Under the pieces are notes generated by a model. It did no database searches and was not told the DNA's origin. It worked only from the letters and a program-made list of their open reading frames with translations. From Octopus sinensis (taxonomy: Eukaryota): a stretch of 64,000 nucleotides of DNA. Shown here piece after piece: positions 1 through 13,526 of this stretch; position 1 is the stretch's first letter, and every line of letters begins with the position of its first letter. Location of the stretch: NCBI RefSeq assembly GCF_006345805.1, contig NC_043008.1, positions 54,560,001-54,624,000 on the forward strand, written 5' to 3'. The translations under genes were made by a program, and so were the position numbers.

Positions 1-547
1 GAAATTAGGAGGTCTGAAATTGGCTCTGATGAAATCCACTCCTTACTCTTTCCGGGGGTTAAAAAAGGAGTCGAATGCTACTGCCTCATGTATGGCCATT
101 CATCAGCACTCCTCTCCTGCCAGGATTTGACCACAATCTCTAACAGCCTCACATAGCCGTCTGAATTGGTATTTATTTTATTAGTCTTTTTTGCTAAAAT
201 GCTAAGTTATGGGGTCGTAAATAAACCAATACTGGTTATTAAGCGGCGGGAGAAAAGACACAAACATACACACACGCATTTATTTTCGACGGGCTTTTTC
301 ATGCAATGGGATTGAGGTTGACACCACGTGGTTAGGAAATATGTGTGTGTGTGTGTGTGTGTGTGTATTTCTATCTTCGAATCGCATTGTTTACATAGAC
401 GTGCTCGTATACGAAACGTCGTAACTTGCAGTGATGGCTCAGAATTCTATAAAAAATACTATAAACTATAAAGATATGTGTACATGCGTGCGCGCATATG
501 TACAGAAGTAATCAAAAGGAAGTGCTACTCAGCATATTTGACAGAAA

Positions 548-2945
548 TCTCTATATATAAAACAAAAAGATATGTGTGTATGTGTCTCTGTCTGTTGTGC
601 ATATGCATTTCTACAGTTTTCAACCGATTTTCACCAAACTTTATACACATATTACTTATGTGCCAAGGATGGCCATGCGCCATAACATTTTGCCCAGAAC
701 TCCCGCGTAATGCGAGAAACCGACCGAGGAAAATGGTGTTTCATATAGGTTTTTCTCTAAAAACTGAAGTTTTCAACCGATTCTCTCCCTTTGACCTCTG
801 CAGTTCCCAAGCGAGTCTCTCCTTTTTCTTTCTCTGTTTATTTATCTCTTCTCTTTCTTTTTCTCACTTTTACCCTCTGTAATACTTCCTCTCTTTAAGT
901 CTATTTCTGTTTTTCTCTCTCTTTCTCTCTGAAATTTGACTTCAATGATTTCAATTTTGTCGTGCGTAAATATCTTTGTCTTCACGCAATTTGTACGTTC
1001 TCCCTACAATATTACTTTACTTATTTGAAATCTTTTGCACTCCGTCTATCTAAATGCACTATTTATATTTCTCCCTCTATCGAAAACCGCTGCGATACAG
1101 CTGGTAAGCCTTCATTACTAACCAATGATAATTCAACCACGCCACTAAACGTTCATGCGTTAGAAAAAGATATTCTAAAGTGACTCAAGTTTTTTCACTC
1201 AAGCTATTTTTTCTACAGCTTTATGCGCTGAAATGGGGTTGGTAATTTCTGTCTACGAATTGACTTGTTTGTGTGATGTGATATTGTTTCCCTTTTATTC
1301 TTTCGCTTTTGTGTGTGTGTTTGTGTGCGTTCGATATGTACGAGATAGTAAAGGATATTTTATACCACGACGACGGTGACGACGGTCACATATATGAGTG
1401 TGTTGTTGTCTCTGGGTGTATGTGTGTGTGTATGAGTGTGTATGTCTCTCTGACTGTGTGTTTTCGCGTTAGGTACGTTATTAAACATACACACTCATCT
1501 GCACATAGATATACACATGTGATGACTGACATGTGAATGTATGTCTGTATACGTCACTCTTACTATATGTATGTGACAGTATGTAAGAATGTATGCGTGC
1601 GTATCGTCACATTTTGTATATGAATGTGTATGTGTCTGCGTGTGTTTGCACGCCCATTACGTACGTTATTAAACACACGCATACATCTACATATACATAT
1701 ACATATGTGAGGAGAATAGCTGAAGGTGAACTCTCGACAAAAAAAGAAAAAATTGCGTGGAAGGTCCAAGTTATATAAAAATGCACATCTACCGTTCAAT
1801 TAACAATTCATAATTATCGCAACAGTTGCAAGGTATTTACAATTTGCTTATATTTGGTTAATTTACACTACATACAAAAATAGAGACATACTACATACAT
1901 ACAACTGCTTACAAAATTAGATATTAATGTATATTTTTTCTATGTTCATAATTTTTTGTTTAAAATATTGAAAAAAAATATGACAACAAAGAAGAAACGT
2001 AATCTCTCCAGAAACACCTATAAAGCAAGGAGGAGTGCAGAAAACCGAAGGCGAGAGTCTCAAGGGATAATGGACATGAAACTTTCTTAGCACGTCAGAT
2101 GGAGTCTCAATACAGAAGGGAGTTGACACTTCCCAAAGATCACCAAACACATACTGCAGCACGTCAAATACAGTCTCAAGAGAGAAGGGAGAGGAGACTT
2201 TCTCGACATCAGCAAAAGCAGGCTGCAGCACGTATGATAGAGTCCCAAGACAGAAGGGGGATGAGACTTCCTCAAAATCAGCAAAGGCAGGCTGCAGCAC
2301 AACAGATGGAGTCTTAAGAGAGAAGGGAGATGTGGCTTTCTCAAGATCAGCAAAAGCATGCTGCAGCACGTATGATAGAGTCCCAAGACAGAAGGGGGAT
2401 GAGACTTCCTCAAAATCAGTAAAGGCAGGCTGCAGCACACCAGATGGAGTCTTAAGAGAGAAGGGAGATGTGGCTTTCTCAAGATCAGCAAAAGCATGCT
2501 GCAGCACATCTGATGGAGTCCCAAGACAGAAGGGGGATGAGACTTTCTCAAGATCAGCAAAGGCAGGCTGCATCACGTCTGTTGGAGTCCCAAGACAGAA
2601 GGGAGATGAGACTTTCTCAAGATCAGCAAAGGCATTCTGTAACACTTCATGCTGAATCATTAAAACAACGTTTAGCACACCAGATTACAAAGATATCCAA
2701 CAGAATAGCTCTCAGAAGCAGACCACGTACAAATTCGTTCCTCACAAAACATAGAGCTGCTTTCAGATATGATCCCTCCCATTCTTATAAAAATGATAAT
2801 TCTCTCAAATTGTCGTTTATGCAAAATTTTAAAATTTATTCCACAAATGCTTTGTCATCATTGCTGCACTTTCTATATCACCTGTTTCAACATAACTATA
2901 ATATAAATATATATATATATAATATATATATATTATATATATATA

Positions 2946-3035
<90 letters not shown>

Positions 3036-3080
3036 AACTATGCCATTTTAGCCCCGAGCAACGCCGGGTATCTCTACTAG
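548..3080 (+). mobile_element. Internally deleted (non-autonomous) Helitron
   Basis: The 5' end is A|TCTCTATATATAAAA at 547|548. The 3' end has a CCCGAGCAACGCCGGG hairpin (3053-3068) followed by CTAG (3077-3080). A relic of the Rep/helicase N-terminus lies inside. The base after CTAG is C rather than the expected T. Confidence 0.65.
1980..2790 (+). pseudogene. Helitron Rep-helicase N-terminal relic with eight 69-bp (23-aa) STPR-like repeats
   Basis: Starts MTTKKKRNLSR, then 8 units like ESQDRRGMRLSQDQQRQAAARLL (2099-2650), then HRAAFRYDPSHSY, the motif that precedes the Helitron zinc-finger region. It has a frameshift and several in-frame stops. Confidence 0.65.
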
Positions 3081-3183
3081 CTACATATATTTTTTAAATA
3101 GCAGTTTGACACGGCACCATATGGACGCGGGCATCTCATCAGGAATCAGAAGAGTGGAGTTGAGTGAAACTGTTATGAATATA

Positions 3184-3960
3184 CGAGGTACTTTCCAGAG
3201 GTTTTGACACTTTTTCAGGAGAGACATTGATTCATTTCCCAGAGCTACGGAACTCTCTAATCTCATTCGGAGTAGGATCCTTTAACTTCAATGCACTTGT
3301 AGCGCTCCGGTCACTTCATGGAGACCCCACGGATGTTCTCCAAAGCGAAGATGTCCAAGATCCCTGTCACAGCCTCCTAATTTTTTTTTATGTTTTCAAA
3401 ACGGCTGCCCCTGAGGTTCTTCTTCAACTTGGAGAACAACCAAAAGTTACAGGGGCAGATTATGGACAGTAGGGAGGGTAAGAGTCATTTTTGATTCCCA
3501 TCTCTGTCAAGTAGTTGGTTACCAGAATGGTGCCATCTACCCGAGTAGAGGAGTTCTGGCCTTTTGCAACGAAATATTTTCCTGAACAGCCTCAGAACCT
3601 CCACTAAGTACTCTTTGTTGACCGTCTGACCATAGGGAAAACAGTGGGTTTAGATGAGCGTTTTTTTCAAACTTCTTTTGTTGCGACTCATTTTATTTAT
3701 CTCATGACCCACTGAAGGGTCAGGATCCACAGTTTGAAAAACGCTAGTCAAGATGGTGTGCTTGCTGTCGAAAAAGGGCATCGCCATGAGCTTCGCAGTA
3801 GACTTGCTTCGCCTGGTTTTCTTGGGTCTGAGGGAGTAAGGATGCTTCCCTCGATCTTTCTGTCTCTTAGTCTCTGGATCATAACAGTGGACCCAGCTTT
3901 CGTCACAGGTTACCAGAGACTCAAGTACTCTGGGACTGGAGATCATGAGCTCAACCATCA
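3184..3960 (-). mobile_element. Mariner (Tc1/mariner) transposase relic with one terminal repeat
   Basis: The minus strand reads LVTCDESWVHCYDPETKRQ...RPKK...AKLMAMPFFDS and, after frameshifts, PPY.P...CNFWLFSKLKKNLRGSRFE...KCIEVKGSYSE* (stop at 3263-3265). The terminus is TA|CGAGG at 3182-3188. Confidence 0.8.
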
Positions 3961-4700
3961 GATCTTTTCCTTTTGAACGGCAGATGTCACTTGTGTATGT
4001 GTGCCGAATTTCATTTAATTATGTAAGTAAATGTAATATTTGTTAAACTTAGAGCAGGGGTGGAGAAACCTTTTAGTACGGCAGGCAAAAATTTCCAACT
4101 TTGTGTCACGCTGAACTTCCCTGAGAAGTACGTTAAGAGTACACTTGTCTGTGGAGTGCTCAGCCACTTGTACGTTAATTTCATGAGCAGGCTGTTCCGT
4201 TGATCGAATCAGCTGGGACCCATGTTGTGGTAACCGACGAAGTGTTGTTGTTGTTGCTGCTGTTGTTGTTGTTAAGCAACAAGATGGGTAAGGGTGATGA
4301 GGTGACGGTCTAGGGTTTAGGGGGTAGACCCCAGATCTTGGGGGGGGGCTTTGGTTGTCTTGTTGTAGTCGAGGGCTCTTCGTTGACGCCCGACACCACT
4401 AGGAGGTGGCCATCGAAGTCGCAGGAAATGGAGGCTATAGTAGAAGACACTTGCCCAAGGTGCCATGCAGTGGGACTGAATCCGGAACCATGTAGTTGGT
4501 AAGCAAGCTACTTACCACACGGCCACTTCAAAGTATTTTCGAGACAAGACCAGACAATAGGAATTTAAAGTGCTGAGTTTCAATTTTTCCCATCCATTTC
4601 TTTTTCTTACCCAAGCAGATAGTCACTCTTGGGTGTCCGGCCCTCGAATAGTTGGGGGTGATTTCATAAAAGTTTAGCAGTTATTTCAAGGAGGTTGGCG

Positions 4701-5059
4701 GGATCTTTTCGGTTTGAACGACAGTTTTTCTAGCGGTGTCATATGAAATTGTCACCCATAATTATGACCCTAGTATCGATCTATTGCATTTTAATCTGTT
4801 TTAGGGTTAGGGTTACGGATAGGGTTAGGGTTAGGGGTGGGGTGAAGGGTATCTTTTTTTTTTTTACAAATGTAAATAAACCCAATCTGTTTCTTAAATG
4901 AGGGACATATTCATATGGCACAGAATGTTTTTTTTACCTCAATAGACGTCAGTGATTGGTTGAAATTGAAGAAATTGAAGAAAAAAAAACAATGAGGTTT
5001 AAAATTTTTTAGTTACCTTGAAATTATGTTAAAAACTGCCGTTCAAACCGAAAAGATCC
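4701..5059. mobile_element. MITE with 29-bp TIRs and 8-bp TSD (Merlin- or hAT-like), containing TTAGGG repeats
   Basis: TIRs are GGATCTTTTCGGTTTGAACGACAGTTTTT and AAAAACTGCCGTTCAAACCGAAAAGATCC (1 mismatch). The TSD is GGTTGGCG / GGTCGGCG. Confidence 0.8.
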
Positions 5060-5689
5060 GGTCGGCGCAACCTCGTTGTAATTGTGGTGGTGGTGGTTGT
5101 ATTGATAATGTAGCTAAAACTGTGGGACGAAGGAATAAATGTAGTATTCTAGTTCATTACCTCAGCGTTCTCGGTTCAAGTTATCTTATCGACGTCTGAA
5201 AAGTACTTTGTAATTTCTTTATCATTCATCTCGCCGACATCAATAAAATATGTAGCATATGTGAATAGAGATCAATATTATCGATTTGAATTCACATTTA
5301 TCAATACATGCCTACATTCACACACACACACACACACACATATATTCATGCACACGCATACATATTCATACGCATTCACGCATGCGCACACACATATATT
5401 CACCCACTCATGCTTTCGTACACTTACATACAAACACAGATTCAGGCATAAACACACAGCCACATGTATGCACACATATGCACATTTACGCATATGTATA
5501 CTTCAAAGCGGTGCGATCTACACACATACACACACACACATGCACACACACACACACACATGCACACACACACACAACATAGCTTGAAAACATGAACACT
5601 GCATATTTCAAAGAAATATTGCACGCACTCACAAGCCTTATACAGGTTCACCTATCCAGAAAATATGTATTACATACACTAATACATAC

Positions 5690-6460
5690 ATACAAAGATA
5701 CATACATACATACATACATACATAAATGCATGCATACATACATACATACATACATACATACATACATACATACATACCACATACATACATACATACATAC
5801 ATAAATACATCATACATACATACTACATACATACATACATACATACATACATACATACATACATAAATGCATGCATACATACATACATACATGCATACAT
5901 ACATACATACATACATACATACATACATAAATGCATGCATACATACATACAAACATACATACATACATACATACATACATACATGCATACATACATACAT
6001 ACATACATACATACATACATACATACATACAGCATACATACATACATACATACATACATACATACATACATACATCCTACATGCTACATACAGTACATAC
6101 ATACATCACATACATTACATAACATAACATTACATACATACATACTACATCATACATACATAAATGCATGCATACATACATACATACATGCATACATGCA
6201 TACATACATACATACATACATACATAAATGCATGCATACATACATACATACATGCATACATACATACATGCATACATACACACACACATACATACATACA
6301 TACATGCATACATACATGCATACATACATACATACATACATACATACATACATACAAACACACATACATACATACATACATGCATACATACATGAATACA
6401 TACATACATACATGCATACATACACACATACATACATACATACATGCATACTCACTCACT
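5690..6460. repeat. (CATA)n / (CATG) compound microsatellite
   Basis: About 770 bp of CATA repeats with CATG variants. It is the source of the spurious YIHT/MYVC ORFs. Confidence 0.95.
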
Positions 6461-6752
6461 CACTCTAATATATGTTTCTTTATTACCCACAAGGGGCTAA
6501 ACACAGAGGGGACAAACAAGGACAGACACGGATTAGGTCGATTATATCGACCCCAGTGTGTAACTGGTGCTTAATTTATCGACCCTGAAAGGATGAAAGG
6601 CAAAGTCAACCTCGGCGGAATTTGAACTCAGAACGTAACGGCAGACGTGCTAACGATTCTGCCCAGCTCGCCGCCTTACATATTCTAATATATATGTGTA
6701 CACACATGGACGCATAACTGTACAAAGTGGTGTCTTGGCTGAAACGTTAGAG

Positions 6753-7308
6753 CAGTGCTTTTCAAACTTTTTGCTGAAGCTGAACCCCAAGGAAACATTC
6801 CACTGGCTCGAGGAACCCCCTGTGCAATAATTTAATTGTCTTATGCACACATAACTGCACAGGAGAATTAGAAATTACTGTCGATTTTAGCATTTTTGTA
6901 ACCTCTTGCGGAACCCCTGGACTGTACTGGCGGAACCCTAAGGTTTCCCAGAACCCCAAGGAAACATTCCACTGGCTCGAGGAACCCCTGTGCAATAATT
7001 TAATTGTCTTATGCACACATAACTGCACAGGAGAAATAGAAATTACTGTCGATTTTAGCATTTTTGTAACTTCTTGTGGAACCCCTGGACTGTACTGGTG
7101 GAACCCTAAGGTTCTGCGGAACCCCAAGGAAACATTCCACTGGCTCGAGGAACACCTGTGCAATAATTTAATTGTCTTATGCACACATAACTGCACAGGA
7201 GAATTAGAAATTACTGTCGATTTTAGCATTTTTGTAACTTCTTGCGGAACCCCTGGACTGTACTGGTGGAACCCTAAGGTTCCGTGGAACCCTGGTTGAA
7301 AACCACTG
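6753..7308. mobile_element. hAT (Charlie-like) MITE with internal ~168-bp tandem triplication
   Basis: Termini are CAGTGCTTTTCAAAC and GTTGAAAACCACTG. There is a perfect 8-bp TSD CGTTAGAG at 6745-6752 and 7309-7316. The internal unit recurs at 6785, 6954 and 7122. Confidence 0.9.
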
Positions 7309-8307
7309 CGTTAGAGCATCAGACAGATTGCTTTGCTCTTCTCATTCTGGCTCTTATTTTTCACTGAGTTTGTACGCTTCCAAGTTCAACTTTTGCCTTC
7401 CATCATTTTGAGATCGATAAATAAAGCTCCATTCATCCACTTGTATCGATTCTAATTGGTTTCGGTAAGATCATACATGACAAGAACTTAATTACCCCAC
7501 AAAAGTAGCACAGTAAAAATTAACAAGCGTCGGCCTAAACTAATCATACTCGTTTGTTTGTTTCAATTAATTGATTGCGGCTATGCTGGAGCACCGCCTT
7601 TATTCAAATGTGTGTGTGTGTGCATGTATATGTATATATATGTATTTCTTTACTACCAACAAGGGGCTAAACACAGGGGGGACAAACAAGGACAGACAAA
7701 CGGATTAAGTCGATTATATCGACCCCAGTGCGTAACTGGTACTTAATTTATCGACCCCGAAAGGATGAAAGGCAAAGTCGACCTTGGCGGAATTTGAACT
7801 CAGAACGTAACGGCAGACGAAATACGGCTACGCATTTCGCCCGGCGTGCCAACGTTTCTGCCAGCTCGCCGCCTATTATGTATATATATTATGTATATGT
7901 ATATATATTATGTATATGTATATATATGTGTGTGTGTGCGTGTATGTTTAACCGTCATATATATATATACGTATGTGTGTGTGTGTGTATGTATGTGTAT
8001 GTCGAGCTATCCAACCCATGCTAGCATGGGAAACAGCCATTAAATGATGATGATGATGATGATGATATATATATATTCTTTTACTTTTTTATTCTTCTAC
8101 TTGTTTCAGTCATTTGACCATGGCCATGCTGGAGCACTGCCTTTAGTCGAACAAATCGACCCCAGGACTCATTCTTTGTAATCCTAGTACTTAATCTATC
8201 GGTCTCTTTTGCTGAACCGCTAAGTTACAGGGGACGTAAACACACCAGCATCGGTTGTCAAGCGATGGTGGGGTTACACAGACATACAAACATATACACA
8301 CACATAA

Positions 8308-8364
<57 letters not shown>

Positions 8365-8375
8365 TATATATGTCC

Positions 8376-8600
8376 TTAAATGTAATATGTGACTATTATT
8401 CGGTAGCCGAGGTGGAAATTCACGCCGCCATCTCTTCAGTTATCCGAGCTTAGGATAACTGAAGAGATGGCGGCGTGAATTTCCACCTTGCTACCGAATA
8501 ATAGTCACATATTATATTTACAGATAATTTCCTCTATTTACATAATATCAAGGTCTCTTTCTTTCTTTTGTTATCTTACCTCTTTTACATCGGTTATCAA
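8376..8600. mobile_element. Palindromic Penelope-like remnant inserted in the (TA)n of a SINE
   Basis: ~63-bp inverted arms (8383-8445 / 8453-8514) with a 7-nt spacer. Each arm carries a degenerate CTGAAGA...GAA...GTC motif, and the right arm extends into a T-rich tail. Confidence 0.5.
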
Positions 8601-9920
8601 CTAATGCTAGGGAGACAAACACACACACACAAACATATACATATATATATACATATATATGACAGGCTTCTTTCAGTTTCCGTCTACCAAATCCACTCAC
8701 AAGGCATTGGTCAGCCCGGGGCTATAGCAGAAGACACTTGCCCAAGATGCCACGCAGTGGGACTGAACCCGGAACCATGTGGTTGGTTAGCAAGCTACTT
8801 ACCACACAGCCACTCCATAATTTATATTCTGCTTGTGTGTGTAATGTAATTAAAAGCTAAACTTTTCTAAAAGTATTTTAAATAGAAGCAATAACAATAC
8901 AGTCACCCACCATTACTGCCACCCCCACCATCAACGCTACCACTGCTACCACCACTGCCATCTGATAATACTAAAACAACAACCACTACTGCTACTACAA
9001 CAGCAATAAAAAATCCCAAAGCAACATAATATATGACCATCTTTAATTAACATTTAAATGATTACATTCTCTATTGGTCTTTACTTCTCTCTCTCTCTCT
9101 CTCTCTCTCATCCTCTATGTCTGTTTTCACTTCTTGCAACTCTTAAAAAGTGGAAGAAGAGTGAGAGTGAGAGAGAGAGAGAAGGAGAGAGAGAATGAAA
9201 GGAAATAAAGAAACAGTTTTGGTCTTTTTGTTTTTTTTTCTGTTGAATTCAAATTTTCAAAAGAAACGAACATGGCCTGAATAATTTTACCTTCATGTCC
9301 AGAATAAAGACATAAATATGTTTTGAATAAAACACAGCATATCATGTTTTATGGAAGTCTTAATGGCTACTACTGCGCTTTTGTTATCTTTCTCCACCCA
9401 AAAGTGAAATTTCTGTAAATGAAGAATTCATTGCTCATAGCTTTCATTACATGCCCTTTAACTTAATAATCCAAATTCAGTCATTGACCCCCTTTGAATA
9501 ATCTCTTTGTATTTATTATGCAAATAATTCTGATGAAAAATAAGCCTAAGAATCTATTTACAAACCTGAAGATCAGGTTAGACAGAACTACACTGATGAG
9601 CTAAAACAAACTGAAACAATCTGCCTATAATTATTCCTTGCCCGCAAACAATGAAATGACTGATCTTTTTTGTTTTACCTTAAACATGTAGATTAATCAA
9701 TTTGAGAAATTAATATTTAATTGTTTTGAAATTATCTATTCTTTTTGAAAATCTGTGGCAATTACTGCTTATTTAGATGTGCAGGGAATTCTGGAAAGCC
9801 ATGACTGCTGTTTTTATTGCTGTTATAAGGGGATGGATATGCAATCTGAGGATTGTGCTGTTAATTTTTTCCCCTTAAATTTGAACTAATAATAATCAGC
9901 CTTTCGCCTTGAACATGTAA

Positions 9921-10250
9921 TACAAGGTGGTATCAAAAAGTTCCTGCAGCATACCAACAGATGGCAGTACACGGTGTGCTGAGTGATACTATTGTGTTTA
10001 CTTTGCAAGTTGTGAAATTTGTGATTTTGCGATCACATGTATGCTGAAGTGTGCAATTTTGTCATGGACTTTGTCACGTCCTGTTTCAGTGTGACCAGGC
10101 CTTGTTTGGTATGAGGCATTGATAAGTCAAAGCAATGATGAAACTTCGATGTCTGTTGCTCTGAGAAAGGACCTGATATGAGTTGTTTCACTTGACTTTG
10201 ACTTATTTTCGGGTGTTTTTTTCACACCAGGTGCATAGAGAATATATTCT
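9921..10250 (+). mobile_element. Degenerate mariner-like 5' end
   Basis: TACAAGGTGGTATCAAAAAGTTCC resembles mariner TIRs, as at 50025. The right boundary is approximate. Confidence 0.4.
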
Positions 10251-12813
10251 CTTACACCTAAAATCTACAGCTGACCCACAAACTAACAACACACATACTT
10301 TGTGTGTGTGTGTAGGATTTTGTTTATGTCCTTTGAGCTGCTTTTAATTCATATTTGAATTTTTTCCATGGCATGAAATGTTGGGACATGCCAGCAGATG
10401 GTGACTAAAGCATTTAGCATATAGTCATAGATGGCAATATGGCTTGCAACAGGCCTTGTTGGTATGCAACAGACCTTGTTGGTATGTTCGATTTTGTTTA
10501 CACACACACACACACGTATGTATATATATATATATATATATATATTATATGCACATAAAAAAAAAAAAAAAAACAACACCATCCGAGCGTGGCTGTCTGC
10601 CAGCCTTGTCTGGCACCTGTGTCGGTGGCACATAAAATCACCCACTACACTCTCGGAGTGGTTGGCGTTAGGAAGGGCATCCAGCTGTAGAAACACTGCC
10701 AGATCTGACTGGCCTGGTGCAGCCTTCGGGCTTGCCAGACCCCAGTTGAACCGTCCAACCCATGCTAGCATGGAAAGCAGATGTTAAACGATGATGATGA
10801 TGATGATGATATATATATCATCATCATCATCATCATCATCATCGTTTAATGTCTGTTGTCCATGCTAGCATGGGTTGGACAGTTTGACCGGTGTCTGGGA
10901 AGCCAGGAGGCTGCACCAGGCTCCAGTCTGATCTGCCAGTGTTTCTACAGCTGGATGCCCTTCCTAACGCCAACCACTCCATGAGTGTAGTGGGTGCTTT
11001 TTACATGCCAGGGGAAGCTGGCAACGGCCACAACCAGTTGGTGCATTTTACGTGCCACTGGCACAGAAGCCAGTCAAGGTAGTGCTGGCATCGGCCATGT
11101 TCGGATGGTGCTTTTTACATGCCACTGGCATGGGTATAATAACTACAATTTCCATTTGATTTTTATTTTGATGTTGATGTACTTGACTCAATAGGTCTCA
11201 TCAAGCACAGCAGGTTGCTCTACAATCCAAGGTAAGCACAGCAGGCCGTCCTATGATCCAAGGTACTTTGGATGGGCTGAACTGAAATTGAATTGTCTTG
11301 CAATTCAAGTTTCAGGCAACTGCAATCTGCAGGTGAGATCGCCATAATGTGAAACTTGATCTATAAGACTAACTTTCAATTTCAATTTCAGTTTCAATAA
11401 AAAAAAAGCATTTCCTCTACAACATGTATTGAGCATTCTAGTCTCATTTGTCCACCATAAATCACAGTATGTATGCATAGAATAAAGGATAAAAGATCCT
11501 TTGTGAGTCATGTAGACTCAGAGGGCTGGTTTCCTGGTTTCCATATGAATATTTTTACCAACCCTGGATAGGATATCAGTCTGTTGCAGGAAATACTCTT
11601 TTTTCCGGCCGAGTGGACTGGAGCAATGTGAAATGAAGTGTTTTGCTCAAGAACACAATGCTTTTTCAACACCCAAACAACTAAGCTACATGTCTCCACA
11701 TGTATATATAAGTATGTGTGTATATGTATATGTATATGTATGTACGTGAAGGCACATGGCTAAGTGATTAGGACGTTCGGTTCAAGATCGTAAGGTCGAG
11801 AGATTGAAATCTAGCAGCATATTCTTTTTACTTTTTTACTTGTTTCAGCCATTTGACTGTGGCCATGCTGGAGCACTGCCTTTAGTCAAGCAAATCGACC
11901 CCAGGACTTATTCTTTGTAAGCCTAGTACTTTTGCCGAACGGCTAAGTTATGGGGACGTAAACACACCAGCATCAGTTGTCAGGCAATGTTGTGGGGACA
12001 GACACAGACACACAAACATACACACACATACATATACATAGATATATACATAAATATATATATATATATATACATATATACGATGGGCTTCTTCAAGTTT
12101 CCATCTACCAAATCCACTCACAAGGCTATGGTTGTCCTGAAGCTATAGTAGAAAATATTTGCCCAAGGTGCCACACAGTGGAACTGAATCTGGAACCATG
12201 TGGTTCATAAGCAAGCTACTTACCACACAGCCACTCCTACGCCTGTTGTGTTTTTCAATGAAATACTTCATTATACAATGTTCCAGTCTGCTGAGCTGGC
12301 AAAAATATGTAGTGCCTGTGTTCTAAAGGGACAGCCTTGTGACATCCAGTGTTACACGGAACCTCCCTGAGAACTACATTAAGGGTACATGTGTCTACAG
12401 AGGGGTCAGCCACTTGCAGGTTAATTTCACTGGATCACCTGGAACCCTTGTATGTTCTGACAGAGTGCCTATTATATATATTGTATTCTATTTTTTTTTA
12501 CCCCTTTTATTTGTTTCAGTCATTTGACTGTGACCATGCTGGAGCACTGCCTTTAGTTGAACAAATCGACCCCAGGACTTTGTAAGCCTAGTACTTATTC
12601 TATCGGTCTCTTTTGCTGAACTGCTAAGTTACAGGGATGTAAACACACCAGCAACAGTTGTCAAGTGATTGTGGGGGCACAAACATATATAAATGTGTGT
12701 ATGCTATATAGATGTATGTAGTATGTATGTATGTGTGTTATATATATATATATAATATATATATGTATGTAGTATTTATAATATATAGTAGTATATATAT
12801 ATATGTATGATAT

Positions 12814-12861
<48 letters not shown>

Positions 12862-13392
12862 ATAATATATCTATTATATATATAATACATATCTATACAC
12901 ATACACTCACACACGACGGGCATCTTGCAGTCTCCATCTACCAAATCCACTCACAAGGCATTGGTCGGCCCGAGGCGGCTATAGTAGAAGACACTTGCCC
13001 AATGTGCCACACAGTGGGACTGAACTCGGAACCATTTGGTTGGGAAGCAAGCTACTTACCACACAGCCAAAACCAAAAATGGTTTCAAGAGATATATAAT
13101 CTTGGTGGTTACCATGTTAACTCTGAGATCAGTTCCCAGTTCTGGCGAGCCACACCGAATGTTGGTGAAAATAAGTTAGTGAAAATTTACTAGACTCGGT
13201 TATTATTCTCCCTTGCTAAATCCGAATATCCTTGTATGGAATGCATCATTTCCGATGGACTGCATTGTTTCCTGATCTTTATCAATCTCTCCTGATCTTT
13301 ATTAATTTCATCATATATATGTGTGTTTGTTTGTGTGTATGTATATGTATATATATGTGTAAATATATATATTTATATATATATACATATAC

Positions 13393-13423
<31 letters not shown>

Positions 13424-13448
13424 TGTATGTATTATGTTGGTGTGTATT

Positions 13449-13486
<38 letters not shown>

Positions 13487-13494
13487 CACAATAT

Positions 13495-13526
<32 letters not shown>

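Noticed and set aside
20-100. CTGATGA...stem...GAA near the window start as a hammerhead
   Set aside because: The core reads GAAT rather than GAAA, and stems I and III do not pair convincingly. At best it is a decayed relic.
2099-2650. Regular 69-bp repeats as a CRISPR-like array
   Set aside because: These are contiguous coding-type tandem units with no unique spacers and no cas genes, in a eukaryotic context.
1917-2678. 253-aa minus-strand repeat ORF (QPAFADLEKVSSPF...)
   Set aside because: It is the antisense shadow of the 69-bp Helitron repeat. The meaningful (broken) frame is on the plus strand.
4800-4836. TTAGGG repeats as a telomere or fusion site (also CTAACC at ~60258-60275)
   Set aside because: Only a few units, located inside transposon-derived sequence.
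5261-6574. Numerous ORFs of YIHT/MYVC/HTHT/IYIY type here and throughout the window
   Set aside because: They are translations of stop-free microsatellites, with no splice or domain evidence.
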